From: an uncultured Acidobacteriota bacterium
GTDB lineage: Bacteria > Acidobacteriota > UBA6911 > RPQK01 > JAPXNP01
Direction: 5' to 3'
Assembly (NCBI GenBank): GCA_964524795.1
Contig: CAZGEH010000016.1
Coordinates: forward strand, 6,889-70,888
Length of the DNA: 64,000 nucleotides
Under the pieces are notes generated by a model. It searched no databases. It saw nothing but the letters and a program-made list of their open reading frames with translations, and was not told where the DNA came from. Position 1 is the stretch's first letter. Each line of letters starts with the position of its first letter. Below are positions 28,479 through 40,237 of the stretch, in pieces. A program made the position numbers and the translations under genes.

Positions 28479-29141
28479 GTGTCCATCGTGCATGACGTGA
28501 TCCAGAAGTTCGAGTCCCTGGGCGTGTTTCCCATCATCGTGATCGACCGGGCGGATGACGCCGTTCCCCTGGCGGAGACCTTGCTGGCGGCCGGAATGCC
28601 GGTCGCGGAGGTCACCTTTCGGACGCCGGCGGCGGCCGCAGCCATGGAGATCATCGCCAGGCGATTCCCCGAGATCCTGTTGGGAGCAGGTACTGTACTG
28701 AGCTCCGAACAGGCCCGTCGGGCCCGCGACGTCGGAGCCCGTTTCGCTCTGTCTCCCGGCCTGAACCCGGCAGTAGTGGATGCCTGCCGCGATCTGGGAC
28801 TGCCCATCTTCCCCGGAGTCTGCACCCCCACCGAGATCGAGGCGGCGATGGCCCGAGGACTCACCGTCCTCAAGTTTTTCCCGGCGGAGGCTATGGGCGG
28901 GCTGCGTTTCCTGCAGGCCATCTCCGCACCTCTCTCCATGGTGCGCTATCTGCCCACCGGCGGAATCAATCTTCAGAATCTCCGTGACTATCTGCAGTTC
29001 CCGTTGACCCTGGCGTGCGCGGGGACCTGGATCGTCCGCAAGGACTGGCTGGCCGAGCAACGCTTCGACCTGATCGGCCGCGAGGCCGCCGAGGCCCTGC
29101 GGGTGGTCCGTGAAGTTCGTCCGCCCAGCCGGCCGGCGTGA
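28479..29141 (+). CDS. eda: KDPG/KHG aldolase
   Basis: AEVTFRT, GAGTV, PGVCTPTE, KFFPAE, PTGGI. Confidence 0.9.
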   Translation: MSIVHDVIQKFESLGVFPIIVIDRADDAVPLAETLLAAGMPVAEVTFRTPAAAAAMEIIARRFPEILLGAGTVLSSEQARRARDVGARFALSPGLNPAVVDACRDLGLPIFPGVCTPTEIEAAMARGLTVLKFFPAEAMGGLRFLQAISAPLSMVRYLPTGGINLQNLRDYLQFPLTLACAGTWIVRKDWLAEQRFDLIGREAAEALRVVREVRPPSRPA

Positions 29142-29198
29142 GTTCCACCAACGTCCATCGGCAGGCCGGATCCCGGCACCTGCTCCCAGGAGGTACCC

Positions 29199-30230
29199 AT
29201 GGCGAAACGCGTGGTGACATTCGGCGAGATCATGCTGCGGTTGAAGAGTCCCGGATTCGAACGCCTTCTTCAGAGCCCGTTGCTGGAGGCCACCTTCGGC
29301 GGTGGTGAATCCAACGTGGCCCAGTCGCTGGCCCATTTCGGCCTGGACGTGGCTTACATCACCGCCCTGCCGGCCAACGCCGTCGGCGACGCCTGTGTGG
29401 CCGAACTCCGCCGCTCGGGCGTGGACACCAGCCTCATCCGCCGTCAGGGACAGCGCATCGGGATCTACATGCTGGAGGCAGGAGCCAATCAGCGCCCCTC
29501 CACCGTCCTTTACGACCGCGCGGGATCCGCCATGGCGGAAGCCCGTCCCGGCGATTTCGACTGGGACCGCATCCTGGAGGGCGCCGACTGGTTCCACTTC
29601 ACAGGAATCACACCGGCCATCAGCCAAAGTGCGGCCGATCTCTGCATGGAGGCGGTCCGGGCGGCCCGCCGCCGGGGTGTCACCGTCTCCTGCGACTACA
29701 ACTTCCGGGCCAAGCTCTGGAAGTACGGGAAGCGGGCCCCTGACGTGATGCGGCCTCTGGCGGCTTTGATCGACGTGGGTATCGCCAACGAGGAGGACTG
29801 CCAGAAATCCCTGGGCATCGAGATCCCCGCTGACGTGGAAAGCGGCCGGCTGGAGCTGGATCGCTACCGCGAGCTGACGGCCAGGGTCCGAACGGAATTC
29901 CCCAACCTCAGGATGCAGGCGATCACCCTGCGCGAGAGCCGGAGCGCCGATCACAACGACTGGTCGGCGGTTCTCGACACCGGCGACAGATTCCTGGTGA
30001 GCCGCAAGTACTCCATCACCGACATCGTGGACCGGGTCGGTTCCGGCGACGCCTTCGCCGCTGGTTTGATCTATGGTCTGCTGACCTACGGCGAAGAAGC
30101 CCGGGCGCTGGAGTTCGCTGTGGCGGCGTCCTGTCTCAAACACTCGATCCCCGGCGACGTCAACCGGGTGACCGTCCGGGAAGTCGAGGCGCTGGTCGGC
30201 GGATCCGGCAGCGGCAGGGTCCAGCGGTAG
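29199..30230 (+). CDS. kdgK: 2-keto-3-deoxygluconate kinase (PfkB family)
   Basis: [37 protein letters not shown]. Confidence 0.88.
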   Translation: MAKRVVTFGEIMLRLKSPGFERLLQSPLLEATFGGGESNVAQSLAHFGLDVAYITALPANAVGDACVAELRRSGVDTSLIRRQGQRIGIYMLEAGANQRPSTVLYDRAGSAMAEARPGDFDWDRILEGADWFHFTGITPAISQSAADLCMEAVRAARRRGVTVSCDYNFRAKLWKYGKRAPDVMRPLAALIDVGIANEEDCQKSLGIEIPADVESGRLELDRYRELTARVRTEFPNLRMQAITLRESRSADHNDWSAVLDTGDRFLVSRKYSITDIVDRVGSGDAFAAGLIYGLLTYGEEARALEFAVAASCLKHSIPGDVNRVTVREVEALVGGSGSGRVQR

Positions 30231-30349
30231 CCCTGCGTTGCGGCTGCGGATTGCCAGACAAACCGGAGCGAGGTAGGGGGCCCGGAATGGCACAATCCCG
30301 TACCCCCGACATCCCTTAGACCGTTACCCCGTCGCCCGCTGCCTGCCGG

Positions 30350-30889
30350 CTACCGCGCCCGGATGCGCTGGAGCTGAACAATATCGAACACACCGAGATC
30401 TATCCCTCCCGCGCCGGCCGGGTCGAGTGGGTTGGTTCCCGGTGGGAACAGGAACGCGTGCAGGGTGCCCGTCATATTATCCAGCCTCGGCGGTTCGATC
30501 TTGCCTTCCATGACCACCTTGATCGAACCGTTGAAGCCCGACCCTTCCACACCTGGGTTGGCCAAGTTTAACCAGACGAACACGGCCCGCACCCCGTTAC
30601 GGCTGATATGGACCCAGTTGCCGTGCGCGGTGGCGTGGGGACTGGTCAGCTCGTGGGAATCGTTGGCGATGACGTTTCCGTCCGCAAAGAAGGTCGGGGT
30701 CATCACCACTGCCGGAAACGGGGAGGTTTCTGGAATCCTTGGTACGGCCACTCCGTACCATGAACCGACCGGGTTGGCGGAAAAGGCGGCGGCCTGCGCC
30801 GCCGGCTCGTGGTTCCACAGCAGGGCGGCCGTGCCGATGGCAAGGACGACCAGACAGACGAGCACACGCATCCATGCTGATCTGCTCAT
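30350..30889 (-). CDS. Hypothetical secreted protein
   Basis: Signal-like N-terminus MSRSAWMRVLVCLVVLAIGTAALL; NPVGSW followed by beta-strand-rich sequence. Confidence 0.65.
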   Translation of the reverse strand: MSRSAWMRVLVCLVVLAIGTAALLWNHEPAAQAAAFSANPVGSWYGVAVPRIPETSPFPAVVMTPTFFADGNVIANDSHELTSPHATAHGNWVHISRNGVRAVFVWLNLANPGVEGSGFNGSIKVVMEGKIEPPRLDNMTGTLHAFLFPPGTNPLDPAGAGGIDLGVFDIVQLQRIRAR

Positions 30890-31146
30890 AAACGGAACTC
30901 CTTTCCAGTTGTCACCAAGGATGGTTGGACGATCCCTGGTCATGTTGGCCAGAGCATACTCCACCGGACCCAGGAGCGAAACATCGTTTCCTGGCAGCGC
31001 GCGACCGGGCAGACTGGTTTGTTGCCGCTTCGAGCCTTGAGCCAAGAAACTGCATTTCCGGTCACAACCGGCGGCTGTTACACTGGGCGACATTGGGTCC
31101 TCCTGCCAGGAACTGACCTGGCAGCGGCGGACCCAGCGGGGAAGCG

Positions 31147-33549
31147 ATGACGCGCTGGTGCGCCCGATGTGTTTGCCTGTGCGCCCTCCTGGGCGTCCAG
31201 GGGTTCCTGCCGGCGGCAACCCGGTTCGCTGCCTTCAGTCCCGAGCCTGGGCTTTCCGGTTGGATCGATACCGCGCCGGGGGTGGTGGAATGCCTTCCTC
31301 AAACCGTCCATCCCCCCGACTCCCTCCGGGTCGGCCGGCAGGCAGGTGCCACCTGCGGAGTCCAGCGGACGATTCTGAGCTTCGACGTGAACCTGCTGGA
31401 CGACTTCCAGGTTGCCGGCGCCGAACTGGTCTTCTATCAGGGCATCCCCGAAGCGGGAACGTTCCAGGGGGCCGGCCGGATCCGGCTGGAGCTGGTGGAT
31501 CTCGGGACCAGCCTGGAAGCATCCGACTGGGCGGCTCTCAGTGCGGCTACACTACTTCTCCAGGTGCCTGCCTCCGACCGGCAGGCGGAGTACCGCGTCG
31601 ACCTGACCCAGTGGCTGGCGTTCGTCTTCGAGGGTCAGAAGCGCCGCCGCCTCCAGCTCCGCATCTCACTGGAGAACGAGGTCCAGGCGCAAGGTTCTCT
31701 CCCCCTGGAGGGACTCGCTGCTCCAACCGGACTCCAGCCACGCCTCGAGGTACGGCTCGTAGAAGAGGTGGTCGCTCCCCTGGGCCTCGTTTCGCCGGCA
31801 GGTTCGCAGCCCCCTGACCCGTTCTCGGACAGCTTTTTCGGACTGGCGGTGATGAATCCCAATCCCCTGCCCAACCGGATCCGGAAACGGCTGTGGGACG
31901 ACGCCGGCAGTCTGGTGGAGGACAAGGACGAGGGTCTGGTCGTCCGTTCCGGGCAGCAGGCGGTGGTCATCGACCCCTCTCCACCCGCCACGCACCTCTC
32001 CTTGCGCGGAAACTGGGGAGCTTTTCAGGGGTTCTTCATCGGCGGCGACAACAGTCTGCAGAAACAGGATGGGGTGGGCGCCGAACTGGACTCCGCCACG
32101 GAACTGCTGTTTCCGATGGCGGGCCGTGTGCAGGGTTCCACCACACGGGTCTTCCTGTTCCGGACCTCGACCGTGAACCTGTCCGAAGTCGAGGCGGCGG
32201 CCACCAGCGAGGCACCGGCTGAGGTTCCCGCCGCCTCCGGCGACGTCCTCGTGGAACTGTTCGACCGTGACGGGCAGCCCCAGGGCAGCGTCACCCTCCC
32301 CCTCGGCCCGCGAGGTTCCCTGCGCCTAGACCTGGAGTCCCGTTTTGCGGCAGCCGCATCCGCCGATTACCTTCGGATCCGCTCGCAGTTGCCTCTTCGC
32401 GGCTTCGCCATGGTGCTTGCCTCCCACACTCTCAGAGCTGTGGCCGGAGTCCCCAGCGAGCCCACGCGGAATCTTTTCCTGCCTCACTTCGCCCTTTCGC
32501 GCACCGACGACACCGTTGTCCAGGTCCTCAACCCGGACGTCCGGCCGGTCACCGCCCAGTTCAGGATTCATACCGAGGGCCGACCTGTACAGACCGCGGC
32601 GAGGGTGATCGGACCGGGCCGCTTGCTGGTGGTGTCGGTTGCAGAGCTCCTGGATGTGGACCGGTCGGCCCTTCCCGCCAACCAGTTTCTGACCGGCTGG
32701 GCCTCCATCGAGCTGGAAACCGCTGGTGGTCTGCCTCGCGTAGCCGGGTTGGCTGTCTTCGGGCGCCCCGGCCTGTATGAAGCCGCCCTGCCGTTGCCGG
32801 CCGCCGGACGCAAGGAGGTCTTTGTCCTTCAGGTGGCCCAATCCAGAGCCCTACGGATCTTTACCGGCCTTTCGCTGTTGAACCCCGGGCCCGATCCGGC
32901 GTCGGTCCGGGTCCAGGCGTTCACCACGAATGGTTCGGCCAGCGGCGAACGCACCCTCGAGCTGGAGGCGGCCAGCAGGATTCTCGGCACGCTGGCGGAG
33001 GCCGTGTTCCTGGGACAAGGATTCGAGCAGTTGGGAGGTTATCTGCGTATTACCGCTGACCGGCCGGTCCTGGTATTCGCCATCTTTGGCGACTTCGAAC
33101 TCCGTTACTATTCGGCCATTGAGGCTCAACGGCCCACCCACTACCCCGATGGCTTTGTGGAACGGCGGGGTGCGTGTGCCGCGGAGAACCGAACCAACCC
33201 GGGCCCCGTTCTGATCTGGGGCCAACCCGATCCGAGGGCAGGCCGTTTGGCTCCTGCTTCCGGCAATCCGGCTCTCCGGTTGCGGTTCTGGGACGGCTCC
33301 CGAGTCCTGAGCCCGCTGGGGACCTGGGCGTCCGGACTCGAGTCGGCGGAGTGGAACGCGTCTGCCCTGCAGGCGGCCGGGATTACCGTCATCCCCGATC
33401 TGGTGCCGGCCTCGGGTCCCTACAGCGCCGACGCCCTCCTGCGCCTCACCATCCCTGCCGGGACTGCAGGCATCTTTCCAGCGGCCCTCCGGGTTACCGA
33501 TGTGGAGGGGTGTTCCTCGGAACTCGAGTTCGAGCTGCTGATCGAGTGA
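31147..33549 (+). CDS. Hypothetical secreted multidomain protein (DNRLRE-like N-terminal region)
   Basis: Signal peptide; RTILSFDV...AELVFY segment; repeated beta-rich modules (LLFPM, LFLPHF, VFVLQVA). Confidence 0.65.
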   Translation: MTRWCARCVCLCALLGVQGFLPAATRFAAFSPEPGLSGWIDTAPGVVECLPQTVHPPDSLRVGRQAGATCGVQRTILSFDVNLLDDFQVAGAELVFYQGIPEAGTFQGAGRIRLELVDLGTSLEASDWAALSAATLLLQVPASDRQAEYRVDLTQWLAFVFEGQKRRRLQLRISLENEVQAQGSLPLEGLAAPTGLQPRLEVRLVEEVVAPLGLVSPAGSQPPDPFSDSFFGLAVMNPNPLPNRIRKRLWDDAGSLVEDKDEGLVVRSGQQAVVIDPSPPATHLSLRGNWGAFQGFFIGGDNSLQKQDGVGAELDSATELLFPMAGRVQGSTTRVFLFRTSTVNLSEVEAAATSEAPAEVPAASGDVLVELFDRDGQPQGSVTLPLGPRGSLRLDLESRFAAAASADYLRIRSQLPLRGFAMVLASHTLRAVAGVPSEPTRNLFLPHFALSRTDDTVVQVLNPDVRPVTAQFRIHTEGRPVQTAARVIGPGRLLVVSVAELLDVDRSALPANQFLTGWASIELETAGGLPRVAGLAVFGRPGLYEAALPLPAAGRKEVFVLQVAQSRALRIFTGLSLLNPGPDPASVRVQAFTTNGSASGERTLELEAASRILGTLAEAVFLGQGFEQLGGYLRITADRPVLVFAIFGDFELRYYSAIEAQRPTHYPDGFVERRGACAAENRTNPGPVLIWGQPDPRAGRLAPASGNPALRLRFWDGSRVLSPLGTWASGLESAEWNASALQAAGITVIPDLVPASGPYSADALLRLTIPAGTAGIFPAALRVTDVEGCSSELEFELLIE

Positions 33550-33683
33550 ACGATGGGTCGCGCCGCAGACTCACGGGTTTTGCGGATTCCCGACCGCCAG
33601 ACAACGCGGTCGGGTGCACCGAGCAGACCGCCCGGTTCCATCCCGCCTGTGGCTTTGCATGCTGTCGGCGCTTGCGGCGAGGC

Positions 33684-34166
33684 TCACCCCGTGGAGCGCT
33701 GACTCCGGGAGGCTTCCACCGCCAGGGCATCGCAACGCTCGTTTTCAGGGTGGCCGGCATGGCCCCGTACGTGCTGGAAACTCAACACGTGTTTGGAGAG
33801 CAGGCGGTCCAGCTCCTGCCAGAGATCCACGTTCTTGACCGGTTCCAGCCCCCCGGAGGTCCGCCGCTGCCATCCACGGGCCTTCCAGCCGGCCATCCAT
33901 TCCTCCAGTCCGCGCTTCACATATTCGCTGTCAGTGACCAGGTGGACCCTGGTCGGACGCTTCAAGGCCCGCAATCCCTGGATGACCGCCATCAGCTCCA
34001 TCCGGTTGTTGGTGGTCCACGGCTCAGCTCCAGTCCGTTCGAGGGTCTTTCCGCTGGCCGGATGCTTGAGGATGAACGCCCATCCTCCGGGCCCGGGATT
34101 CCGGCTGCAGGCCCCGTCGGTGTACAGCAGAACTTCCGCGGCCGGCGCCTGGCTCGGCTTCTTCAC
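33684..34166 (-). CDS. rnhA: Ribonuclease HI
   Basis: YTDGACSRNPGPGGW, TTNNRMEL, TDSEYV, KNVDLW, HVRGHAGHPENERCD; GTG start overlaps the SRAP stop (GTGA). Confidence 0.95.
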   Translation of the reverse strand: MKKPSQAPAAEVLLYTDGACSRNPGPGGWAFILKHPASGKTLERTGAEPWTTNNRMELMAVIQGLRALKRPTRVHLVTDSEYVKRGLEEWMAGWKARGWQRRTSGGLEPVKNVDLWQELDRLLSKHVLSFQHVRGHAGHPENERCDALAVEASRSQRSTG

Positions 34167-34930
34167 GGCAAACCCGCTCCGAACAGGCCGGACTGGACCG
34201 AAGCCCGCGGGCGAATGCAACGGGGATCATCGGCCTCAGGTCTGTTCACCACAGGATCCACGGGCACACAGGTCACAGCGTCGGCGGGATAGGGTACAAG
34301 CAGCGCCTGACAGACTTCGAGGGGGGTTTCCGGGTCAAGCCATCGCGAATGATGCTCCCGTGGCAGGATCACCGGCATCCGGTCATGGAAAGGCCGCAGC
34401 CGCTGACTGGGATCGCAGGTGATGATGGTGAAAGTCTCCAGCGGCTCTGGGCCCCGCCGGTTCCATTCCCACAAGCCTGCGAACGCAAACAGCCGCGGGG
34501 GGTCCAGCGTGATGTACCAGGGCTGCCGGCGGCCGCCGGGGAGTTTCGGGCCGGCAACAGGAGGCTCGGAAGCCCCGCCCCGGAGCCAGCGCTCCAGAGA
34601 TTCCACCTGGTCGGCGGGCGTCCACTCGAAGAAACCGTCGGCAGGAACCAGGCAACGCCGGAACCGAAAGGCGTCACGAAAGGACGGCCGCTGCAGCAGG
34701 CTCTCGGCGCGGGCATTGATGGTGCGGGCTGACGGCGCGCTCTCCGCCGACCAGTGCGGTACCAGACCCCAACGCAACAGCGCCCCTTCCCGCCGGCCCT
34801 CCCGGTCCAGGCGGACCACGAGCGCCTCCTGGGTGGGAGCGATATTGAAGCGTGGGGGGATCCGTACTTCACTGATCTCAAACTCGTCCGGAACCAGTTC
34901 CGGCCGGGTGAGGGTATAACGGCCGCACAT
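34163..34930 (-). CDS. SOS response-associated peptidase (SRAP/YedK family)
   Basis: MCGRY N-terminus, FNIAPTQ, INARAE, RCLVPADGFFEW, HDRMPVIL. Confidence 0.92.
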   Translation of the reverse strand: MCGRYTLTRPELVPDEFEISEVRIPPRFNIAPTQEALVVRLDREGRREGALLRWGLVPHWSAESAPSARTINARAESLLQRPSFRDAFRFRRCLVPADGFFEWTPADQVESLERWLRGGASEPPVAGPKLPGGRRQPWYITLDPPRLFAFAGLWEWNRRGPEPLETFTIITCDPSQRLRPFHDRMPVILPREHHSRWLDPETPLEVCQALLVPYPADAVTCVPVDPVVNRPEADDPRCIRPRASVQSGLFGAGLP

Positions 34931-34972
34931 GCCTGCATTGTGCCACGGGTTCGGCGCCGCCCGTTTCCGGAC

Positions 34973-37861
34973 CTAGACCGAGATCCCCCATGGACCGCGC
35001 GGCACCTGGAAATCGACGTCGCCCAGCCGCCAGGCGCGCACCGTCTGCCGCCCCCGCCAGCACCGCCCCACCGCCTCCAGGACCACCTGTGTCCCCAAGT
35101 CGGCCGCCCGGGGTTCCCCCGCAGGAAAGGTCACGTCGAACTCCGGCGAACTGCCATCCGGTCCCACCCGCAGGACCGGCACCAGCGGGTGCCCGGGCCG
35201 GGGACCATCGCCGTGCCAGGCGATCACCGCCAGACAGCCGGCTGCCGCCAAGCCGGTCAGAATCTCGCCCCAGTGTGCGGTCACAGTTTCCATGCGGAAA
35301 CGTCCCGGACCGGGAGGCGGCTGGGCGAAACCCCAAGGTTCCAGACTGTGGGGGACTTCTCCGGCTGCCGTCCGGTCGGAGAACCGGTCGGGAGCTGATT
35401 CCAGAACTGCCCAGCCCTCGTCCGCCAACACGGAAGCCACCTGCCCCAGCATCCTCTGTGCGGCCTCCGGTACCGGACCGGTCCAGCCAAGGCCGATCGC
35501 CGGCGCCACTCCGGCAACGCCTGAAGAGTCGTCAAGCGGGCCCGGGAGCGTCGCGCGTTCGGCCACCGACGTCTGGACATACCAGGCGGCGATCCTTTCC
35601 AGAACCGCTTCGAAACCTCCGTCCAGCTGGACCGAGGCCCAACCGAAATGCTCCGGCACCAGACCCCGGCTTTCCAGCAGCCGCTGCATCCGCTGGTTGT
35701 GGACCTTCTCGCATCCATGCTCCAGGAGGAGCGCCCGAATCACCAGCGGGTGCGTGAGGTGCCCAAGCAGCAGCCGTTCGAACAGCTCCTGGGAGGTCCC
35801 GCCGGTACAGCCGCAGCCTTCGGTGTGGGGCAGCGCCACCAGCCGGCGGCTGTTTCCCGACCCACCTTTTCCGGCCAGACGCCGGACCGCGGCCACGGCA
35901 ACCTGTCCCGCACACAGACTGGTGGGCACGATCAGGTCGCACCGGAGATGGGCGGGGGGAGGGAAAATGGGAGACGGCGGCCCAGAAGCCGGGTACCGGG
36001 ATACGGAAGTCTGGAGTCGACGGATGCTCCCACTCCCGCCCCCGGTGGGGACTGGATCGAGCCGCCGCTGGCCTGCCGGGAGCGAACCATCCGCGGTTGC
36101 GGCCTTCGGCCCGACCAGGGTGACTCCAGCCTCGCGCGAAGTTGGACCGCCCGGCTGCGCACTCTGGACGTCTCGGAACGCCTCCAGACTCCCGTCTCCC
36201 GACTCCCGGCTCCTGGGCCCCGGGGCCTGTCTCCCGACTTCCGGCTGCTCGCGAAGCGCCGGATTGCCACGAGTCCAGTCCCGCCAGATGGAGACCTGGG
36301 CATGCCCTGCCACCTCCCCTCGGGTCCGCCGCCCTGATGCCACCTCCAGCGCCAGCCGGTAGGCTTCGTCAGTCAGCCGGTCCAGATCCTCGCCTCCCAG
36401 GACACGGCCGGCGTCGAGGTCCATGTCGTGGCGAAGAAGCTGGAAGCGGGCGGAGGTGGACATGACCTTCAGCGTGGGAACGAAGGGGAAATTGGTGACC
36501 GAGCCCGACCCGGTGGTGAACAGGATCAGGTTGCAGCCGGAGGCGACCTGTCCCGCGACACTCTCCAGGTCGTTGCCCGGGCTGTTCATGAAGTAGAAAC
36601 CGCGCCGCCGGGGCGGCTCCGCGTAGTCCACCACTTCCTCCAGACGGATGGAGGCAGGTTTCTTCATCGCGGCGCCCAACGCTTTCAAGGTGATGTTGTA
36701 AAGACCCCGGCGCCGGTTGCCCGCCGACGGATTCCCCTCGGGATCATGTCCATGCTCGGCCATCCAGCGCCGGAAACGGTCGACGGCGTTCAGGAACTCA
36801 GCGGCCGTTTCCCGATCCCGGACCCCGGCCAGAACGTAATCCTCCGCTCCCGCCAGTTCCGGAGTCTCAGCCAGGTTGGCGGAGCCTCCCTGGCGGATCA
36901 CGCGGGCCGCCACCGCCGCAACCAGCGGGTTGGCTGAAATGCCCGAAAAGCTGTCCGACCCTCCACACTGCAGAGCGATGGTCAGCTCCGAGGCCGGGCA
37001 GGTGCTCCGCCGGGCGCGGCGCAGGGTTGCCATCCAGCCTGAGGCGGTGGCGACGGCCTCGACCATGGGACGCTCAAAAGCGCCTCCCGTGCTCAGGAAT
37101 GCCGGCCGCAGATCCTCCAGGCCGAATCGCTCCAGTCCGCCTGAGCGCTGGAGATACTCCTGCAGCCTCCGGTTGCTGACGGGTTCATTGCCGGCGTCCA
37201 CCGCCAGTAAGGCGCCCACATTGGGGTGGCAGATCCAGCCGGCCAATGTCCGCAGCAACAGCTCCGTGTTGCGAGGGGAGGTCTCGGACCCTCCTTCGCT
37301 GTGGGAAACCGCGACGATTCCGTCCAGCCCCCCTGAGACTCCTCCCTCTCCCAGCCGTTCAGCCAGGGCCTTCACAAATGGGTTCACCCGGGAGCTGACA
37401 GCGAGGATGACCAGACAGTTTCTTGTCCCCACACCGCGTTCCGGTCCACGCCGGTAGCCTTCAAACGTGTCTGTCCAGGCGGCGCGGGGAGCAGGAGCGG
37501 CAATCCCCCACCGGACGGTTGTCAATGTCGCCGGCCGGTACCAGTCTCTGAAGTTGGCGGCTTCGGGCCGGCTGCGCAGTCCCCCAATGTATTGCAACTC
37601 CTCCAGCATCAGCCGGTTGCACACGTAGGCGCCCGGGGGAAGCGCCTGGAGCGCTGTGCCGAAGGGATATCCCCAGGAGGTCAGAAGACCGCCCTCCGGG
37701 ACCGGCCTGATCGTGAAGCGGTGTCCTTCCGGAACGTCATGCCGCAGGGGCCAGGTGAGGTCTCCGGCCACGACGTCCGTACCTGCAGCCAGGGTGCGCA
37801 AAGCCACGGCACAGTTATCATGGGGGGCCGGAGCCACGGCGACCGAGCGCAGGGGCAGCAT
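34973..37861 (-). CDS. UxaA/GarD-family sugar-acid dehydratase with duplicated C-terminal domain
   Basis: SAF domain (DNCAVA...GHRFTI), [26 protein letters not shown]; second module ALPHTEGCG...LEHGCEK. Confidence 0.8.
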   Translation of the reverse strand: MLPLRSVAVAPAPHDNCAVALRTLAAGTDVVAGDLTWPLRHDVPEGHRFTIRPVPEGGLLTSWGYPFGTALQALPPGAYVCNRLMLEELQYIGGLRSRPEAANFRDWYRPATLTTVRWGIAAPAPRAAWTDTFEGYRRGPERGVGTRNCLVILAVSSRVNPFVKALAERLGEGGVSGGLDGIVAVSHSEGGSETSPRNTELLLRTLAGWICHPNVGALLAVDAGNEPVSNRRLQEYLQRSGGLERFGLEDLRPAFLSTGGAFERPMVEAVATASGWMATLRRARRSTCPASELTIALQCGGSDSFSGISANPLVAAVAARVIRQGGSANLAETPELAGAEDYVLAGVRDRETAAEFLNAVDRFRRWMAEHGHDPEGNPSAGNRRRGLYNITLKALGAAMKKPASIRLEEVVDYAEPPRRRGFYFMNSPGNDLESVAGQVASGCNLILFTTGSGSVTNFPFVPTLKVMSTSARFQLLRHDMDLDAGRVLGGEDLDRLTDEAYRLALEVASGRRTRGEVAGHAQVSIWRDWTRGNPALREQPEVGRQAPGPRSRESGDGSLEAFRDVQSAQPGGPTSREAGVTLVGPKAATADGSLPAGQRRLDPVPTGGGSGSIRRLQTSVSRYPASGPPSPIFPPPAHLRCDLIVPTSLCAGQVAVAAVRRLAGKGGSGNSRRLVALPHTEGCGCTGGTSQELFERLLLGHLTHPLVIRALLLEHGCEKVHNQRMQRLLESRGLVPEHFGWASVQLDGGFEAVLERIAAWYVQTSVAERATLPGPLDDSSGVAGVAPAIGLGWTGPVPEAAQRMLGQVASVLADEGWAVLESAPDRFSDRTAAGEVPHSLEPWGFAQPPPGPGRFRMETVTAHWGEILTGLAAAGCLAVIAWHGDGPRPGHPLVPVLRVGPDGSSPEFDVTFPAGEPRAADLGTQVVLEAVGRCWRGRQTVRAWRLGDVDFQVPRGPWGISV

Positions 37862-37965
37862 GGATCGATCATAAGCCCGGAAGGGGCAGCGGTGCACCCG
37901 CTGGCGCCTTCGTTCACCCGCGACTACAATGGCCGCGGATCACAGCCTGCACCCGGAGAAGCGCT

Positions 37966-39729
37966 ATGCCCTATGATCCGACCCGCCTGGCTGACTGGCA
38001 GATCTCCGAAGCCGCCGAGGCTCACATGCCTACCCCCGATCAATGGCGAGACCGGCTGGGCCTGGAACCCGGGGAAGTGATCCCCATGGGCAGGCTCTGC
38101 AAGCTCGACTTCCTGAAGATCATCGACCGCCTGCAAGACCGCCCGGACGGCAAGTATATCGAGGTGACCGCCATTACCCCGACCCCCCTGGGTGAGGGCA
38201 AGACCACGACTTCCGTCGGCCTGATGGAGGGTCTCGGCAGACGGGGCAAGAACGTCGGCGGCTGCCTCCGGCAGCCTTCCGGCGGTCCCACCATGAACAT
38301 CAAGGGGACGGCCGCCGGCGGAGGCAATGCTCTGCTGATCCCCATGACCGAGTTTTCCATGGGGCTGACGGGCGACATCAACGATCTGATGAACGCCCAC
38401 AACCTGGCCATGGTGGCACTTACCGCCCGCATGCAGCACGAGCGCAACTATACCGACGAGCAACTGGCGCGGTTGACCGGCATGCGACGGCTGGAGATCG
38501 ATCCCACTCGGGTCGAGTTCGGCTGGGTGATCGATTTTTGCGCCCAGGCGCTGCGGGACATCATCATCGGCATCGGAGGGCGCTCGGACGGTTACATGAT
38601 GCGTTCGCGTTTCGGGATCGCCGTCAGTTCCGAGCTGATGGCCATCCTGGCCATCGTGCGTGACCTGGCGGATCTGCGACGGCGGGTGGGAGAAATCACC
38701 CTGGCTTTCGACAAACTGGGCAATCCGGTCACGACCACAGATCTGGAGGTCGCCGGAGCCATGACCGCCTGGATGCGCAACACCATCAACCCCACCCTTT
38801 GCTGCACCGCGGAATACCAGCCCTGCATGGTCCACGCCGGACCTTTCGCTAACATCGCGGTGGGCCAATCGTCGATCATCGGCGATCGGGTCGGGCTGAA
38901 GCTTTTTGACTATCACGTCACCGAAAGCGGTTTCGGTGCGGACATCGGCTTCGAGAAGTTCTGGAACGTCAAGTGCCGATATTCAGGGCTGAAGCCTCAT
39001 GTTTCCGTGCTGACCGCCACGATCCGAGCCCTCAAGATGCATGGCGGGGGTCCTCGGGTCACTCCCGGAATCCCCCTGGCCTCGGAATACCGGTCGGAAA
39101 ACCTTCCGCTGGTGGAACAGGGTCTGCCCAACCTGTTGCACCACCTGGGCATTGTCCGCAAGTCGGGCATCAACCCGGTGGTCTGTCTGAACCGCTTTGT
39201 CACCGATACCGAGGAGGAGATCCGGCTGGTCCGACGGGCGGTGGAAGCGGCCGGTGCCCGTTTTGCCGTCTCCGATCACTGGGCGCGGGGCGGGGAGGGA
39301 GCACTGGAGCTGGCCGACGCCGTGCTCGATGCCTGCAGTGAGGAAACCTCCTTCCAGTACCTCTACCCCATGACGATGAAGCTTCGCGATCGAGTGGAAA
39401 CCATCGCCCAGGAGGTTTACCAGGCCGACGGTGTCGCCTGGTCCCCGGAGGCACTGGAGAAGGTGAAGATGCTGGAAGCTGACAGCCGGTACGACGATTA
39501 CGCAACCCTCATGGTCAAGACCCATCTCAGCCTGAGCCACGAGCCCGCGCTCAAGGGAGTCCCCCGAAACTGGATCCTTCCGATCCGGGATGTCCTGATC
39601 TACTCTGGCGCCAAGTTCCTGTGTCCGTGTGCCGGAACCATCAGCCTGATGCCGGGAACGGGTTCCAATCCCGGCTTCCGGCGGGTCGATGTGGATACCC
39701 GCACCGGCAAGGTCACCGGCCTGTTCTGA
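37966..39729 (+). CDS. fhs: Formate-tetrahydrofolate ligase
   Basis: [22 protein letters not shown]...[36 protein letters not shown]. Confidence 0.95.
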   Translation: MPYDPTRLADWQISEAAEAHMPTPDQWRDRLGLEPGEVIPMGRLCKLDFLKIIDRLQDRPDGKYIEVTAITPTPLGEGKTTTSVGLMEGLGRRGKNVGGCLRQPSGGPTMNIKGTAAGGGNALLIPMTEFSMGLTGDINDLMNAHNLAMVALTARMQHERNYTDEQLARLTGMRRLEIDPTRVEFGWVIDFCAQALRDIIIGIGGRSDGYMMRSRFGIAVSSELMAILAIVRDLADLRRRVGEITLAFDKLGNPVTTTDLEVAGAMTAWMRNTINPTLCCTAEYQPCMVHAGPFANIAVGQSSIIGDRVGLKLFDYHVTESGFGADIGFEKFWNVKCRYSGLKPHVSVLTATIRALKMHGGGPRVTPGIPLASEYRSENLPLVEQGLPNLLHHLGIVRKSGINPVVCLNRFVTDTEEEIRLVRRAVEAAGARFAVSDHWARGGEGALELADAVLDACSEETSFQYLYPMTMKLRDRVETIAQEVYQADGVAWSPEALEKVKMLEADSRYDDYATLMVKTHLSLSHEPALKGVPRNWILPIRDVLIYSGAKFLCPCAGTISLMPGTGSNPGFRRVDVDTRTGKVTGLF

Positions 39730-39742
39730 AGGAGTCAAGTCC

Positions 39743-40198
39743 ATGTTCATCGAGAAAAGCCTGCTCTTTCAGGGCCTCCCGGAGGAGTTTGTGGCCAGGG
39801 TCGAGGCGGCCATGAACGAGGAAAATTACGGCGAAGGGGTGTTCGTCTTCCGCCGGGGAGAGCCGGCGGAGAAGCTCTACGTGCTGGAAGAGGGGCGGAT
39901 CCGTCTGATGGTGGGGGAACTGGGCTCGGTTACCCGCACGGTCCGCAAACCCGGTGATGTGTTCGGCTGGTCCAGCCTGCTCGGCCCCGCAGGATACACC
40001 GCGACCGCCCAGTGTCTGTCCCCGTGCCGAGTCCGAAGCATCCAGGGGCGCCGACTCAATCAGATGCTGGAGGAGAGTCCGGCCGTGGGGCTGGAGTTCT
40101 TCCGGCGGGTGGCGGCCCTGATCCGCCAGCGGCTGACCGACAGCTATCGCATCCTGATGACATACGACTCGGAAAAACGTCCCCACTCTTACGGCTAG
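39743..40198 (+). CDS. Stand-alone cyclic nucleotide-binding domain protein
   Basis: VFRRGEPAEKLYVLEEG, GDVFGWSSL, TATAQC; no HTH tail. Confidence 0.8.
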   Translation: MFIEKSLLFQGLPEEFVARVEAAMNEENYGEGVFVFRRGEPAEKLYVLEEGRIRLMVGELGSVTRTVRKPGDVFGWSSLLGPAGYTATAQCLSPCRVRSIQGRRLNQMLEESPAVGLEFFRRVAALIRQRLTDSYRILMTYDSEKRPHSYG

Positions 40199-40237
40199 CG
40201 GGCGGCCGAACCTCTGGGAAGGGCGGGATGCAATCCT

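Noticed and set aside
28398-30293. 631-aa antisense ORF (likewise 6584-7741, 22525-23850, 23893-25359, 48557-50242, 61881-63977)
   Set aside because: Shadow frames opposite well-supported genes, typical of GC-rich DNA, with no motifs.
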